A stretch of DNA of 64,000 nucleotides from Candidatus Latescibacterota bacterium. GTDB lineage: Bacteria; Latescibacterota; UBA2968. The first letter of the stretch is position 1; each line of letters opens with the position of its first letter. The DNA lies in NCBI GenBank assembly GCA_965204375.1, contig OZ241986.1, positions 1,824,001 through 1,888,000 of the forward strand, in the 5' to 3' direction. Shown piece after piece: positions 18,971 through 29,805 of the stretch. Position numbers and translations under genes: made by a program. The notes under the pieces were generated by a model. That model did no database searches and had not been told where the DNA came from. It saw nothing but the letters and a program-made list of their open reading frames with translations.

Positions 18971-20245
18971 ATGCGCTTGCGCCGGTATGTGATATCCGAA
19001 CTGATAATGCCGTTTTTATTTAGTTTTACCGTGATCATATTTCTTCTCGTCATCGATCTCATTTTGCAAATGCTCGACCACATTCTGGGAAAAGGCGTAC
19101 CCATAGGTGTGGTTTTTGAGTTGTTTTTTTTGAACACGGCCTGGATGATTGCCCTCGCCGTTCCGATGGCTGTGCTGGTCAGTACCCTGCTGGCATTTGG
19201 TCGCTTGAGTGCCGCGGGTGAAATTGTGGCCATGCGCGCATTGGGCATTGGGATTCATCAGGTTGTTGTGCCGGTTCTGCTTGTCGCCGCGCTGCTGGGA
19301 ATTGGGCTGGTAATTTTTAATGATCGCATTTTGCCCGAATTTAATCACCGCGCCCGCGTTTTGATGACAGATATTCACCGCAAACGCCCCGCGGTTGCAC
19401 TCGCCGACAAAGCCGGTGTAATGATTGGCGATTTCAAAAATTACCAGATTTTATTTGATCGCGCCGATGCAGGAGGAAATATACTCCATGACGTACTGGT
19501 ATATAGTTTTAATAGCGATGGATTTCCCGAAACAGCGGTTGCCGATTCGGGCGTTGTCGAATTTGACGAAGCGCGAGACGAGGCCCTGCTCTATCTCTTT
19601 AATGGGGAAATGCACCGCATTGATCCAGACGATCCCACAGTCTATGCGCTCACAACATTTGCCAAATCCAGATTGCGGCTCGGAGATGCGGGCCAACAGT
19701 TGTCGCGGTCGTCATCGGCATATCGCAATGATCGAGAAATGGATATCGCCACCATGCAGCATAAAATTGCACAGTACGAAAGCGAATTACATCAGGCGAA
19801 AGTCAAAAGAGCAAATCTCCTGAATGCGTTTGTGCGCGACGTGTTAATAGATTCTACAGATACGAAACCCGTGCAGTCGCTGCGCGCTGTATTGGGGCGC
19901 GTGGCAGCCGATACGCGAATTGCACGCCATAAGTTGAGAGCAGCAGACCGGTTGCGCGTGGAGGTACACAAAAAATTTTCAATTCCCGCAGCCTGTGTGG
20001 CATTCGTGCTGGTGGGCGCGCCAATCGGCGTGTGGGCGCGCAGTAGCAATGTGGCAATTGGCGCGGCGATCAGCATTGGCTTTTTTTTGATATGGTGGAT
20101 TTTTCTCATCGGCGGTGAAAAACTGGCTGACCGCGGGGTGCTCATGCCCTGGTTTGCGATGTGGATACCCAATGTATTGACCGCCCTCGTCGGCGTTGTC
20201 CTATCTGCTCGTATTATCTGCGAGTGGGGCGTAAAAAGGAGATAG
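18971..20245 (+). CDS. lptF: LPS export ABC permease LptF (YjgP/YjgQ family)
   Basis: LAVPMAVLVSTLLAFGRLSAAGEIVAMRALG; VEVHKKFSIP; AMWIPN. Confidence 0.9.
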   Translation: MRLRRYVISELIMPFLFSFTVIIFLLVIDLILQMLDHILGKGVPIGVVFELFFLNTAWMIALAVPMAVLVSTLLAFGRLSAAGEIVAMRALGIGIHQVVVPVLLVAALLGIGLVIFNDRILPEFNHRARVLMTDIHRKRPAVALADKAGVMIGDFKNYQILFDRADAGGNILHDVLVYSFNSDGFPETAVADSGVVEFDEARDEALLYLFNGEMHRIDPDDPTVYALTTFAKSRLRLGDAGQQLSRSSSAYRNDREMDIATMQHKIAQYESELHQAKVKRANLLNAFVRDVLIDSTDTKPVQSLRAVLGRVAADTRIARHKLRAADRLRVEVHKKFSIPAACVAFVLVGAPIGVWARSSNVAIGAAISIGFFLIWWIFLIGGEKLADRGVLMPWFAMWIPNVLTALVGVVLSARIICEWGVKRR

Positions 20246-20247
20246 CC

Positions 20248-21318
20248 GTGCGTATTTTGAGCCGCTATGTCGTCGTCCAATTTACAATGCCCTTTGGCGT
20301 CAGCTTGCTGGCTTTTACCGTTGTTTTTGTCGTAATTGATCTGGTGGATCGCCTCAGCGCGTTTATAGACCGCGAAGTCAGCCTGGGAACAATTTTATAT
20401 TATTATTTCTGCTATATGCCCTATATTGTCGTCCTCGTGCTTCCAATGGCGGTCTTACTCGCGGGATTGTTCTGCATGGGCGGGCTGATACAGCGCGGGG
20501 AATTGCTGGCAATGAAAAGTGCCGGCATAAGTCTTTATCAAGTCGTGATTCCATTGCAAATACTGGCCCTTGGAATCAGTATTTTGGCCGCTATAATGGC
20601 AGATCAAGTCGTGCCGCGTGCAAATCGGGCGCGATCGAAAATCGAGCAACCGCGCCGATCAGCAGTCGGGCCTCAGTCCATCCGCGTGCAAATCGCGCTG
20701 CGAGATACGGGCAGGCGCGTTTTGTCAATGAGAGAATACGACGCCAAAGCCATGAAAGGACGGCAGGTGGTGCTCGACAAATATAAAGCCGGGTCACTCA
20801 CAGAGCGCGTTCGCGCCGAAGAAGCTGTTTGGACCACCGCAGAATGGCATTTTATGAACGGTGATCGGCGCGTATTTTCAGATGGAAAAGAATTTTATCG
20901 CGCATTTCGCGTGTGGGTGGCAAAAGATATAACACTAACGCCTGAAGACCTCGTACGCGATGTCGTGCCCGAAGATCAGATGACGTATTCTGAACTGACG
21001 GATTTTATCCATCGCAAATCGCGTAACGGCAGCCAGACGCTTCGAGAATCTGTGGCACTTCACCTGCGTTTGGCATTTCCATTTGCGAACTTCGTTATCG
21101 CCCTTTTTGGCCTGCCTCTGGCTTCTCGCATGCAGCGGACGGGACGTCCCATCCAAATTGGCATGTGCTTGCTAATCTGCTTTGCATTTTACGGATGCAT
21201 TCAACTCGGACGCGCCATGGGTTGGAACGACGTGCTATCCCCTGCATGGGGTGCCTGGGGGGCAAATGCGATCTTTGGCGCAATCGGGATTATCACGCTC
21301 CTCACAACGCGGAAATAG
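20248..21318 (+). CDS. lptG: LPS export ABC permease LptG (YjgP/YjgQ family)
   Basis: GTG 20248 follows AGGAG; RILSRY; LPMAVLLA...GELLAMKSAGIS; RLAFPF; GAWGANAIF. Confidence 0.9.
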   Translation: MRILSRYVVVQFTMPFGVSLLAFTVVFVVIDLVDRLSAFIDREVSLGTILYYYFCYMPYIVVLVLPMAVLLAGLFCMGGLIQRGELLAMKSAGISLYQVVIPLQILALGISILAAIMADQVVPRANRARSKIEQPRRSAVGPQSIRVQIALRDTGRRVLSMREYDAKAMKGRQVVLDKYKAGSLTERVRAEEAVWTTAEWHFMNGDRRVFSDGKEFYRAFRVWVAKDITLTPEDLVRDVVPEDQMTYSELTDFIHRKSRNGSQTLRESVALHLRLAFPFANFVIALFGLPLASRMQRTGRPIQIGMCLLICFAFYGCIQLGRAMGWNDVLSPAWGAWGANAIFGAIGIITLLTTRK

Positions 21319-21345
21319 TTAACACCTTAACATTCGAGGATCCAC

Positions 21346-22797
21346 ATGAAATACAATATTCTCCTGATGATCTCCGATCAGCACAGCAAATATCACATTG
21401 GCGCTTACGGAGACCCCCTCGTGCGCACGCCCCATCTCGACCAACTCGCAGAAAACGGTATGCGCTTTACCAGCGCGTATTGCGCCTCACCCGTTTGCGT
21501 ACCCAGCCGCATGTCATTTATGACGTGTCGCATGCCTTCGGCCAATCGCGTGTGGAACAACAATCACCTGCTGCATTCGGGCATTCCCACCTGGGCACAT
21601 GCCATGGGACTCGCCGGGTATGAAACATCGCTTATTGGGCGGATGCACTTCAACGGACACGACCAGCGACACGGCTTTGAAAATCGTCCCTTCGGCGAAT
21701 ACGGTGCCACACACCCGGGTGCAAACAGGCAGGGCGCGCCCCTCTTCAAAAGCATTTCAACGGCGACCACCGGACAAAATCGCACGGCCGTCGAAGTTGC
21801 CGGACGGGGATATGGCTCATATCACGTTTTTGACGAAATGGTCGCGGAAAGAACCAGCGCGTATTTGCGCGACAAAGCGAAAAATCCCGGCGACCGCCCC
21901 TTTGCTGCCGTGGCGGGATTTCTCTTGCCTCACTGTCCCTTCATTGCTCACAAAGAGCTTTTTGATTATTATTACGAACGCGTAGATATCCCCCAACACA
22001 CGCCCAATGAACCCGAAGCCATTCGCAAATTCAAACAGCTTCGCGGCCTCTATCCCCCCCTTGACGAAGAACGCATCCGCGTTGCTCGCGCCGCTTATTT
22101 TGGCATGTGCGAATACCTCGACCTGCAAATCGGGCACATCCTTCAAACCCTGCGAGAAACGGGCCTTGACCGCAACACTCTGGTCATTTATTGCTCGGAC
22201 CACGGCGAAATGGCCGGGGAACACGGCTGCTGGTGGAAAAGTAGTTACTACGAAGGCTCTGTCGGCGTTCCCCTCATCGCAAGCCTCCCCGGCGTGATCG
22301 CGCCAAACGCGGAAAACAACCAGATATGTAATCTGATGGACATTGGTCCCACCCTACTCGACATGGCAGATGGAAATCCCATGCCGGACATTCACGGACA
22401 CTCGCTCTGGCCGCTGCTCGCGGGGCGAGATGCTGGCGATCATCCCAATGAAACATTCAGCGAACACCTGGGGATAGAACGCACGCCTTCGTGTATGATT
22501 CGAACGGGTCCCTGGAAATGTTACACATATCACGACGATACCGCGCCCGTCCTCTACAACCTCAAAGACGATCCCAATGAAATGCACAATCTGGGCAGCG
22601 ATTCCAATCATGAACACATCCGCGACCGCCTCATATCCCGCATTTTTGAACATTGGGATCCCGAGTATGTACTCAGAGAATGCGCGGATATCGACCGCGA
22701 TATACGCCTGATTACCCGCTGGGGACAAACCATTCAACCCACCTTGCCCGACAGCGTCCCGGTACCCGATGATGCCGAAGATATTGAATGTTTGTGA
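21346..22797 (+). CDS. Cys-type sulfatase (choline-sulfatase-like), cytoplasmic
   Basis: NILLMISDQH, CVPSR (formylglycine motif), GRMHF, SDHGEM; no signal peptide. Confidence 0.9.
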   Translation: MKYNILLMISDQHSKYHIGAYGDPLVRTPHLDQLAENGMRFTSAYCASPVCVPSRMSFMTCRMPSANRVWNNNHLLHSGIPTWAHAMGLAGYETSLIGRMHFNGHDQRHGFENRPFGEYGATHPGANRQGAPLFKSISTATTGQNRTAVEVAGRGYGSYHVFDEMVAERTSAYLRDKAKNPGDRPFAAVAGFLLPHCPFIAHKELFDYYYERVDIPQHTPNEPEAIRKFKQLRGLYPPLDEERIRVARAAYFGMCEYLDLQIGHILQTLRETGLDRNTLVIYCSDHGEMAGEHGCWWKSSYYEGSVGVPLIASLPGVIAPNAENNQICNLMDIGPTLLDMADGNPMPDIHGHSLWPLLAGRDAGDHPNETFSEHLGIERTPSCMIRTGPWKCYTYHDDTAPVLYNLKDDPNEMHNLGSDSNHEHIRDRLISRIFEHWDPEYVLRECADIDRDIRLITRWGQTIQPTLPDSVPVPDDAEDIECL

Positions 22798-22941
22798 AGC
22801 TAACCGCTAATCGCTTTTGTTTTTAAGTGACAAATGATTCTTTTTTACTTTACTTTAACACCCTTGAATTATCCGTTGTCGCATTATACCACCTTTTTAG
22901 CTGAATAGTTTTTCGAGCTATTTTTACAGAGGGCATATTTT

Positions 22942-25749
22942 ATGCAACGCAAGTTTTTAATCCCAACCATATTTGTCATTGTCATCGGACTCGCGTGGTT
23001 ATCATCCTATTACACCGACTGGCTGTGGTTCTCGAGTCTCGATTTTCAGGCTGTCTTCTGGACCACCTTGAAAGCGCGTTTCCTCTCCGGCATATTTTAC
23101 GGTCTTATTGCCGCTGTAGTTATTGGTATCAACCTCCATTATGTCGGCCGGTTCACCCGCTCCGCGCTCGAAGCAGATGCCTCACTTTACGAAGGTGAAA
23201 TGCCCGGCGCAAGCCTGCTGCGCTCAAATACTGGCTATATGTTAATCGCCGCTGTCCTCGTCCTCATTATGGGCAATGTCGGCTCCTCCCAGTGGCCCAC
23301 CCTGTTGCGTTACTGGTACGGCGGATCATTTGGCACTTCCGATCCCCTCTTTGGACGCGACGTTGGATTTTATGTCTTTGATTTGCCCTTTTACCAGTTT
23401 ACAGTCGGTTTTCTCATCGGCACAGTAATCGTATCAGCCCTGGCATCCGGGGTTATTTACATGGCCACAGGCGGTATTAGCCTGCAAGAACGCATTCAGG
23501 TCATGCCGCGCCCCGTCGCACACCTGTCTGCCCTTGCCGGGCTATTCTTGCTGTTTTCGGCTATCAATTATTACCTCAAAATCTACGGCTTACTCTATTC
23601 TCCTGGCGATGTCTTTTTCGGTGCAGGATTTGTCGATGTCAATGTCCAACGCTGGATATATTGGCTCCTCATAATAGCCTTTATCGCAACTGGCATCATG
23701 CTCTTGCGAAATATCAAAGCGCGTGAAGCGCGCCCACTTCTCATCGGTGTTGGCGTCTTTCTCGTTGGAACCATCGGGCTGGGCAGTATCCCGGGTGCAA
23801 TTGTGCAAAAACTCATCGTAGATCCCACTGAACTCCAGCGCGAAACCCCCTACATCAAAAACAACATCGAATTCACGCGAAAAGCATACGCACTCGACAG
23901 GATCGTGGAACAACCTTTTGAGGCATCCGAAAATCTCACCGCAGCAGACATCGCCGCCAATCCTTTGACCATTCGCAACATTCGCATCTGGGACGAACGC
24001 CCAATGGTGCAAACCTATCAGCAAGTCCAGGAAATTCGCCCCTATTATGTCTTTCCCAGCGTTGATGTTGATCGCTATACCGTTGACGGCGTTTACCGCC
24101 AGGTGATGCTCTCAGGACGCGAACTCGACACCAATCGCCTGCCTGCTCAGGCTCGCAACTGGGTCAATGAAACCCTGCAATATACACACGGATACGGCGT
24201 TGCCATGAGCCCGGTTACGCACGTCACGCCCGAGGGTTTACCTGCGTTTATGATCAAAGATATTCCCCCGGTGTCCGACTGGGCAGAGCTACAAATTTCC
24301 CGACCGGAAATCTACTATGGCGAACGCACCTACGGCAACGTAGTCGTCAAAACCAGTGCCGAAGAATTTGACTATCCCCAGCGCGATGGCAATGCGTTTA
24401 CCACCTATGAAGGCAATGGCGGAGTGCCCATGGGCAGTTTCATCAACCGCCTGGCATTTACCATTCGCATGATGGATCCCAATTTGCTCTTGAGTACCTA
24501 CATCCTGTCTGAGAGCAAAATTATGTACCATCGGCAGATCGCCCAGCGGGCACGCGAGATCGCACCTTTCCTCTTCTTCGACTCCGACCCCTATCTCGTT
24601 ATCTCCGAAGGCCGTCTGTACTGGATATTAGATGCGTACACAACCACCAACATGTATCCCTATTCCAAACGCATGGGCCGGTCGCAGATCAACTACATCC
24701 GCAACTCGGTCAAGGTCGTTATGGATGCCTATCACGGTTCCGTCACCTTTTATCAGGCTGAAGATGAACCCGTGATTGCCGCTTATGCCGCGATATTCCC
24801 CACCCTGTTCAAGTCAATTGACACTATGCCTGCTGATTTGCGCGCCCATGTGCGGTATCCCGTCGATCTCTTCCGCATTCAAGCGACGATGTACCGCGAA
24901 TATCACATGCAAGAAGTACAGGTGTTTTACAACCAAGAAGACCTGTGGGAAATTCCAAATGAGATCTACGGCCAAAACGACCGCACACAGCCGATGGAGC
25001 CGTATTATATCATCGTCAAGTTCCCCGGTGAACAACGCGAAGAATTTCTGCTGCTCGTGCCCTTCACACCCGCCCAAAAAGACAACATGATCGGTTGGCT
25101 GGCCGCCCGATGCGATGGAGAAAACTACGGCGACTTGCTGGTCTATCTCTTGCCCAAAGAAAAACTCATCTTTGGTCCAATGCAGCTCGAAGCACGCATC
25201 GACCAGCAACCAGATATATCGAGCCAACTCACCCTTTGGGGACAGGGCGGCTCCGAAGTCATTCGCGGCAACCTTCTGGCCGTACCCATCGAATCGTCTT
25301 TCCTATACGTTGAACCCATCTACCTGCAAGCCCGTCAGGAATCCAATCAATTGCCACAACAGGGTTTTGAAGGCGAAGGCGGTGGACAGCCCCAGCAAGG
25401 ACAACCACCGCGTCAACTCCAGCAAAGCACGGCCATCCCCGAACTCAAGCAAGTAATCGTCGCCTTTGGCGGACAGGTCATCATGCGCGATACATTTGAA
25501 CAGGCCCTCAACGAACTATTTGGCTCTGGTGCGGGAAAAACCCTGGAATCCCCAGGTTCCGAAGAAACATCCGAGACCACATCAGAACAACCCACTGAAC
25601 GCACCGCAGCAGCGTTGGCTTCAGAAGCAGATGTGCAATTCCAGCGCGTGCGGGAATCACTTCAAAAGTGGGATTGGACAACCGCGGGTGAGGCGATGAA
25701 GCAGTTGGAACAATCGATTCTCGAATTGAAAAAGACACTGGAGCAATAA
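22942..25749 (+). CDS. UPF0182 family membrane protein
   Basis: YTDWLWFSSL, DPLFGRDVGFYVFDLP, NIRIWD, VDRY, YTHGYG, NYIRNSVK, RGNLL, YVEPIY, PELKQV. Confidence 0.92.
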   Translation: MQRKFLIPTIFVIVIGLAWLSSYYTDWLWFSSLDFQAVFWTTLKARFLSGIFYGLIAAVVIGINLHYVGRFTRSALEADASLYEGEMPGASLLRSNTGYMLIAAVLVLIMGNVGSSQWPTLLRYWYGGSFGTSDPLFGRDVGFYVFDLPFYQFTVGFLIGTVIVSALASGVIYMATGGISLQERIQVMPRPVAHLSALAGLFLLFSAINYYLKIYGLLYSPGDVFFGAGFVDVNVQRWIYWLLIIAFIATGIMLLRNIKAREARPLLIGVGVFLVGTIGLGSIPGAIVQKLIVDPTELQRETPYIKNNIEFTRKAYALDRIVEQPFEASENLTAADIAANPLTIRNIRIWDERPMVQTYQQVQEIRPYYVFPSVDVDRYTVDGVYRQVMLSGRELDTNRLPAQARNWVNETLQYTHGYGVAMSPVTHVTPEGLPAFMIKDIPPVSDWAELQISRPEIYYGERTYGNVVVKTSAEEFDYPQRDGNAFTTYEGNGGVPMGSFINRLAFTIRMMDPNLLLSTYILSESKIMYHRQIAQRAREIAPFLFFDSDPYLVISEGRLYWILDAYTTTNMYPYSKRMGRSQINYIRNSVKVVMDAYHGSVTFYQAEDEPVIAAYAAIFPTLFKSIDTMPADLRAHVRYPVDLFRIQATMYREYHMQEVQVFYNQEDLWEIPNEIYGQNDRTQPMEPYYIIVKFPGEQREEFLLLVPFTPAQKDNMIGWLAARCDGENYGDLLVYLLPKEKLIFGPMQLEARIDQQPDISSQLTLWGQGGSEVIRGNLLAVPIESSFLYVEPIYLQARQESNQLPQQGFEGEGGGQPQQGQPPRQLQQSTAIPELKQVIVAFGGQVIMRDTFEQALNELFGSGAGKTLESPGSEETSETTSEQPTERTAAALASEADVQFQRVRESLQKWDWTTAGEAMKQLEQSILELKKTLEQ

Positions 25750-25774
25750 TCGTTCCACCCACTTTGCCCGATTC

Positions 25775-25816
25775 AAACATGGATAGGCGGAATAATTCTG
25801 TCTATCCGTGTTTTTT
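25775..25816 (+). terminator. Rho-independent terminator after UPF0182
   Basis: AAACATGGATAGGCGGAAT-A-ATTCTGTCTATCCGTGTTT followed by TTT. Confidence 0.75.
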
Positions 25817-25839
25817 AGGGCTTTACAGAAAGGAAAAAA

Positions 25840-26817
25840 ATGGCCGTAAAAGTCGGATTTATCGGAACTGGCGGCATTTCACGCCCCCACCGAAAACATC
25901 TCAAAAATATGGATGATGTAGAAGTGGTCGCAATGTGTGACCTCGAAGAAGACCGCGTCGCAGAAGCCGCCGAAGAATGGAACGCAACTGTCTATACAGA
26001 TTACAAAACAATGCTCGAAAACGAAGAAATGGACGCGCTGTACGTATGCATCCCGCCCTTTGCACACGAAGAACAGGAAATCATGGCCGCCGAAAAAGGC
26101 ATTGCCCTCTTCGTAGAAAAACCCGTATCCGTCACAATGGAAAAAGCCCGCGAAGTCGATGCGGCCATTCGCAAAAACAACGTGGTATCGTGCGTTGGAT
26201 TTCAAGGACGCTATTTAGACATTATCGCACAGACAAAAGACCTGCTCAAAGACCGTCTCGTTGGTATGGCAATGGGATACTGGATGGGAGGAATGCCGCA
26301 AGTGCCCTGGTGGCGACGCAAAGAAATGTCGGGTGGCCAGGCCGTTGAGCAAACCATTCACGTCACCGACATGGCGCGGTATCTCTTTGGCGAAGTAAAA
26401 TCCGTCTATGCGGCGGGGCGCACGGGTTTAATGACCGATGTGCCCGACTACAACATTGAAGACAGCAGCGCAGCCACGCTCGTCTTTGAAAACGGCCTTG
26501 CCGCCACTATCTTCTCCGCGTGTTTTCTATCGGGAGGACGAGGCAGAGGCGGTATTGACATCTTCACCAAAGACCTGAACATCGAATATCGCGAGCGCAG
26601 ATCCATCACCATCATTCAAAATGGCAATTCAGAACTGGTCGAAGTGCAAAACGATTTCTGGCAAGACATGGACAACGACTTTATAGATGCCGTGCGAAAA
26701 GGCGACGACTCCGCACTCAAAACCACGTACGCCGATGCCGTCAAAACACAGGAAGTCGTCATGGCCGTAAACCGCTCAATAGAAACGGGCGAAGTGGTTC
26801 AGATATCGGATATGTGA
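25840..26817 (+). CDS. Gfo/Idh/MocA family oxidoreductase
   Basis: VGFIGTGGI, FVEKP, GGQAVEQTIHVTD. Confidence 0.92.
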   Translation: MAVKVGFIGTGGISRPHRKHLKNMDDVEVVAMCDLEEDRVAEAAEEWNATVYTDYKTMLENEEMDALYVCIPPFAHEEQEIMAAEKGIALFVEKPVSVTMEKAREVDAAIRKNNVVSCVGFQGRYLDIIAQTKDLLKDRLVGMAMGYWMGGMPQVPWWRRKEMSGGQAVEQTIHVTDMARYLFGEVKSVYAAGRTGLMTDVPDYNIEDSSAATLVFENGLAATIFSACFLSGGRGRGGIDIFTKDLNIEYRERRSITIIQNGNSELVEVQNDFWQDMDNDFIDAVRKGDDSALKTTYADAVKTQEVVMAVNRSIETGEVVQISDM

Positions 26818-26824
26818 AGAATCA

Positions 26825-27982
26825 CTATAAAAACCGTTCAAGGCGATAGTGCCTCAAAAAATCTATTCGCGCACCATCCAAAATCTCAATCGCCGCGCAT
26901 TCGCCAATTAAAGGTGCGAGCGTAACCCCGCTGTGTGTCACAGACAAATAGAGATTGGGAACCCGTTGGGAAAATCCGAGAATGGGGTGTCCGTCCTTCG
27001 GAATTGGTCGTCGCCCGCGCCGCACCTCGCGCACGGGCACGCCTTCAATTGCCGGCAAAAAACGCGCCACAGCATCGACCACCCGCTGCACTTCTCGATC
27101 AGACTGCCCAAGCGAACCGCCATCGTACACGCGACCGTGCGCCCCACCGTGAAGCATCACCGAACCATTGGGCAACTGCCTGAAATTGGTCTGTGGAGGA
27201 CAATCGCGGGGCGAATGCACCACCGATACGGTTTCAAAAACAGGTGGCACAGGCTCTGTCAAAATCGTACATCCAAACGTGTAATACATCGGCACATCAA
27301 CATCTGCCATTGATGCGAGACTTGCCATATCTGCTCCCCCTGCAAGCACGACCGCATCACATGCGATCTCTCCCCTGTCCGTCACCACAGCCGCAATATC
27401 CGCCCCCGAACGCGCCAGCCCTGTGACGCGCGTCTGAAACAAAATATCTGCGCCCCACTCCTTTAACCGTTCAACACACGCCCCAACAACAGCCCCCGTA
27501 TCCGCGTGTCCTTCTATGTCCGTATAAGAAGCTGCCGTCACAACGCCCGGCTTCAAACGCGGCTCCAATGCTTCAACCTCCTCCCCATTCAACAGACGGA
27601 TGGGATATCCCCACGACTGCAAAACACCCGCGCGTCTCACAATTTCTCGCGCGCCGTCATCTGTAGAAGCCCACCGCAATTCACCGCCCCATGTCGCACT
27701 TTGTGGAATGCCCAGCCGCTCGACAAATCGCACCCACATATCCACTGAACGCCGGTTGAAAAGGTGATAATGTCTGGGATTTTTGTCGCGTGCGTTCATC
27801 CAAGCAAAAGATACAGCAGTTGCCGGTTGAATAGCTGATTTCTTCCCGGGTTCACCCGCATCAATCAGCGTGACCTTTGCATCGCGTCTCGCCAAGTGAA
27901 ACGCGATTGATGCCCCCACGATACCTGCACCAATCACAGCGATATTTGAAAAATTATTCACTTGTCTTTCGCCTTTCAGCAT
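26825..27982 (-). CDS. FAD-dependent oxidoreductase (DAO/glycine oxidase-like)
   Basis: IAVIGAGIVG, RPIPKDGHPILG, HSGVTLAP. Alternative start GTG 27961. Confidence 0.88.
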   Translation of the reverse strand: MLKGERQVNNFSNIAVIGAGIVGASIAFHLARRDAKVTLIDAGEPGKKSAIQPATAVSFAWMNARDKNPRHYHLFNRRSVDMWVRFVERLGIPQSATWGGELRWASTDDGAREIVRRAGVLQSWGYPIRLLNGEEVEALEPRLKPGVVTAASYTDIEGHADTGAVVGACVERLKEWGADILFQTRVTGLARSGADIAAVVTDRGEIACDAVVLAGGADMASLASMADVDVPMYYTFGCTILTEPVPPVFETVSVVHSPRDCPPQTNFRQLPNGSVMLHGGAHGRVYDGGSLGQSDREVQRVVDAVARFLPAIEGVPVREVRRGRRPIPKDGHPILGFSQRVPNLYLSVTHSGVTLAPLIGECAAIEILDGARIDFLRHYRLERFL

Positions 27983-27986
27983 ACAG

Positions 27987-28019
27987 AAAACGGGTTCTCC
28001 TTAAAGGCGAACCCGTTTT
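27987..28019 (-). terminator. Terminator hairpin downstream of the AGCS symporter
   Basis: AAAACGGGTTC...GAACCCGTTTT inverted repeat with T-runs on both strands. Confidence 0.7.
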
Positions 28020-28038
28020 ATCTTTCCGCACAGCTCAA

Positions 28039-29580
28039 TTATTTGTACACCGTCAACTCACCCGCCTTGTAACGCCCCCAGTATTCTTTGAGCACCGCCT
28101 TGATTTGCGGGCTTAAGATAATGCCGCCGATAATATTCGGGAACGCCATCCCCAGGATCATCGCATCGGAGAAATCGAGCACATTCTTTAATGCCGTAAC
28201 AGCCCCGATAAACACAAAACACACAAAAATAATGCGATAAGCCAGAATGGATTTTATACCAAAAAGATATTCCCACGCTCGCTCGCCGTAATAAGACCAG
28301 GAGATCATCGTCGAATACGCAAAAAGCATTACGGCAAATGCGAGCACATAACGCGCCCCGGGGATAAACGAATCAAATGCCGCAGCCGTCATTTTAGCAC
28401 CCACGAGAGATTCACCCTGCTGAAACTCCAACTGATATGCACCTGTAATCATACAAACCAATGCCGTCATCGAACATATAATAACGGTATCGATAAAAGG
28501 TCCGATCATTGCAACTATCCCTTCACGCGCGGGCTCATCGGTCTGCGCTGCTGCGTGGGCAAATGCTGCAGAACCCAATCCCGCCTCATTTGAAAAAGCC
28601 GCCCTGCGTACCCCGTGAACCAGAACCCCCAGGAAGCCGCCATACATAGCTTCTGGCGTAAACGCCTGTGAAATAATATTCGCAATAAGCACAGGCACTT
28701 CAGTAATATGCGACAGAATAATCAAAATTGAAGTCAGAACATATAGTCCACACATAAAGGGCACAACGCGCGATGTCACATTGCCAATGCGCTTAATACC
28801 ACCAATAATGACAATAGCGACCATCGACGCCATAAAAAGCCCGATAACCCAGTTATATGTCTTAAATCCTTCGGCCACAGTACCGAGAATTTCAACCGTC
28901 TGATTTGCCTGAAACATATTACCGCCGCCCAGAGACCCGCCAATCGTCAACAGGGCAAAAAGGATGGCAAATGGACGCCCCAATGCCCGGAGACCTTTTC
29001 CTCCAAGACCGTGCTCCAGATAATACATCGGACCACCCGACACGCGGCCATCGGGGTGGATTTTTCTGTGCATAACCGCCAGCGTACAGGACGCTAACTT
29101 TGACGCCATACCAAAAAACGCCGAGACAATCATCCAGAAAACAGCACCGGGACCACCTGCACTCACAGCAATGGCAACGCCCGCGATATTCCCCAATCCC
29201 ACAGTTGCAGACAGCGCACTGGTCAATGCCTTAAAATGCGAAATTTCACCGGGATGATCGGGGTGATCATACCGCCCGCGAATCACATTGAGCGAATGCT
29301 TGAATCCGCGGAAAGTAATCCAACCAAAATAAAAAGAATAATAGACGCCACCCCCGACCAGCACAATAATGATCAGTGGCAAGCCCAGACCAAAATCAAA
29401 GAAAAAAATCGAAAACAGAAAATTGGCTGCAGCCCCCAGGTGTTCATTCAACGCCGCGATAAACATCTGTATCGCACCATCCGATTCATCCGACGATGCT
29501 TCCTGTGCAAATGCATAGCCGACCACAAACAGCCCCAGAAGCCAGGCAAACCAAAAAAACGTGCGATTCTTAAAAGACAT
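28039..29580 (-). CDS. Alanine/glycine:cation symporter (AGCS family)
   Basis: ALSATVGLGNIAGVA, GGPGAVFWM, GGPMYY, FSNEAGLGSA, FIDTVIIC, WSYYGE. ATG 29580 follows AGGAG. Confidence 0.95.
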   Translation of the reverse strand: MSFKNRTFFWFAWLLGLFVVGYAFAQEASSDESDGAIQMFIAALNEHLGAAANFLFSIFFFDFGLGLPLIIIVLVGGGVYYSFYFGWITFRGFKHSLNVIRGRYDHPDHPGEISHFKALTSALSATVGLGNIAGVAIAVSAGGPGAVFWMIVSAFFGMASKLASCTLAVMHRKIHPDGRVSGGPMYYLEHGLGGKGLRALGRPFAILFALLTIGGSLGGGNMFQANQTVEILGTVAEGFKTYNWVIGLFMASMVAIVIIGGIKRIGNVTSRVVPFMCGLYVLTSILIILSHITEVPVLIANIISQAFTPEAMYGGFLGVLVHGVRRAAFSNEAGLGSAAFAHAAAQTDEPAREGIVAMIGPFIDTVIICSMTALVCMITGAYQLEFQQGESLVGAKMTAAAFDSFIPGARYVLAFAVMLFAYSTMISWSYYGERAWEYLFGIKSILAYRIIFVCFVFIGAVTALKNVLDFSDAMILGMAFPNIIGGIILSPQIKAVLKEYWGRYKAGELTVYK

Positions 29581-29805
29581 ATACACTCCTTTGTTTGGTG
29601 AGGCACCGTAAACGGACTTTCTCGCTTAAGTGCGGTTTTATATTCACCTGTGAAACACGGCGTGCGACTAACGGAAAACATAATACAAACAAAACGGGGG
29701 GATGTATAGCACTTTTACACCCTCCGTGACTTTCTCCTTGCACTTTCCCTTTGCGTTGAGCAGATTAAATATCCGGATAGAACAACCATACAGTATGGAA
29801 TACAC

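Noticed and set aside
25330-25430. Gln/Gly/Pro-rich insert in the UPF0182 protein
   Set aside because: Low-complexity linker without regular DNA periodicity.
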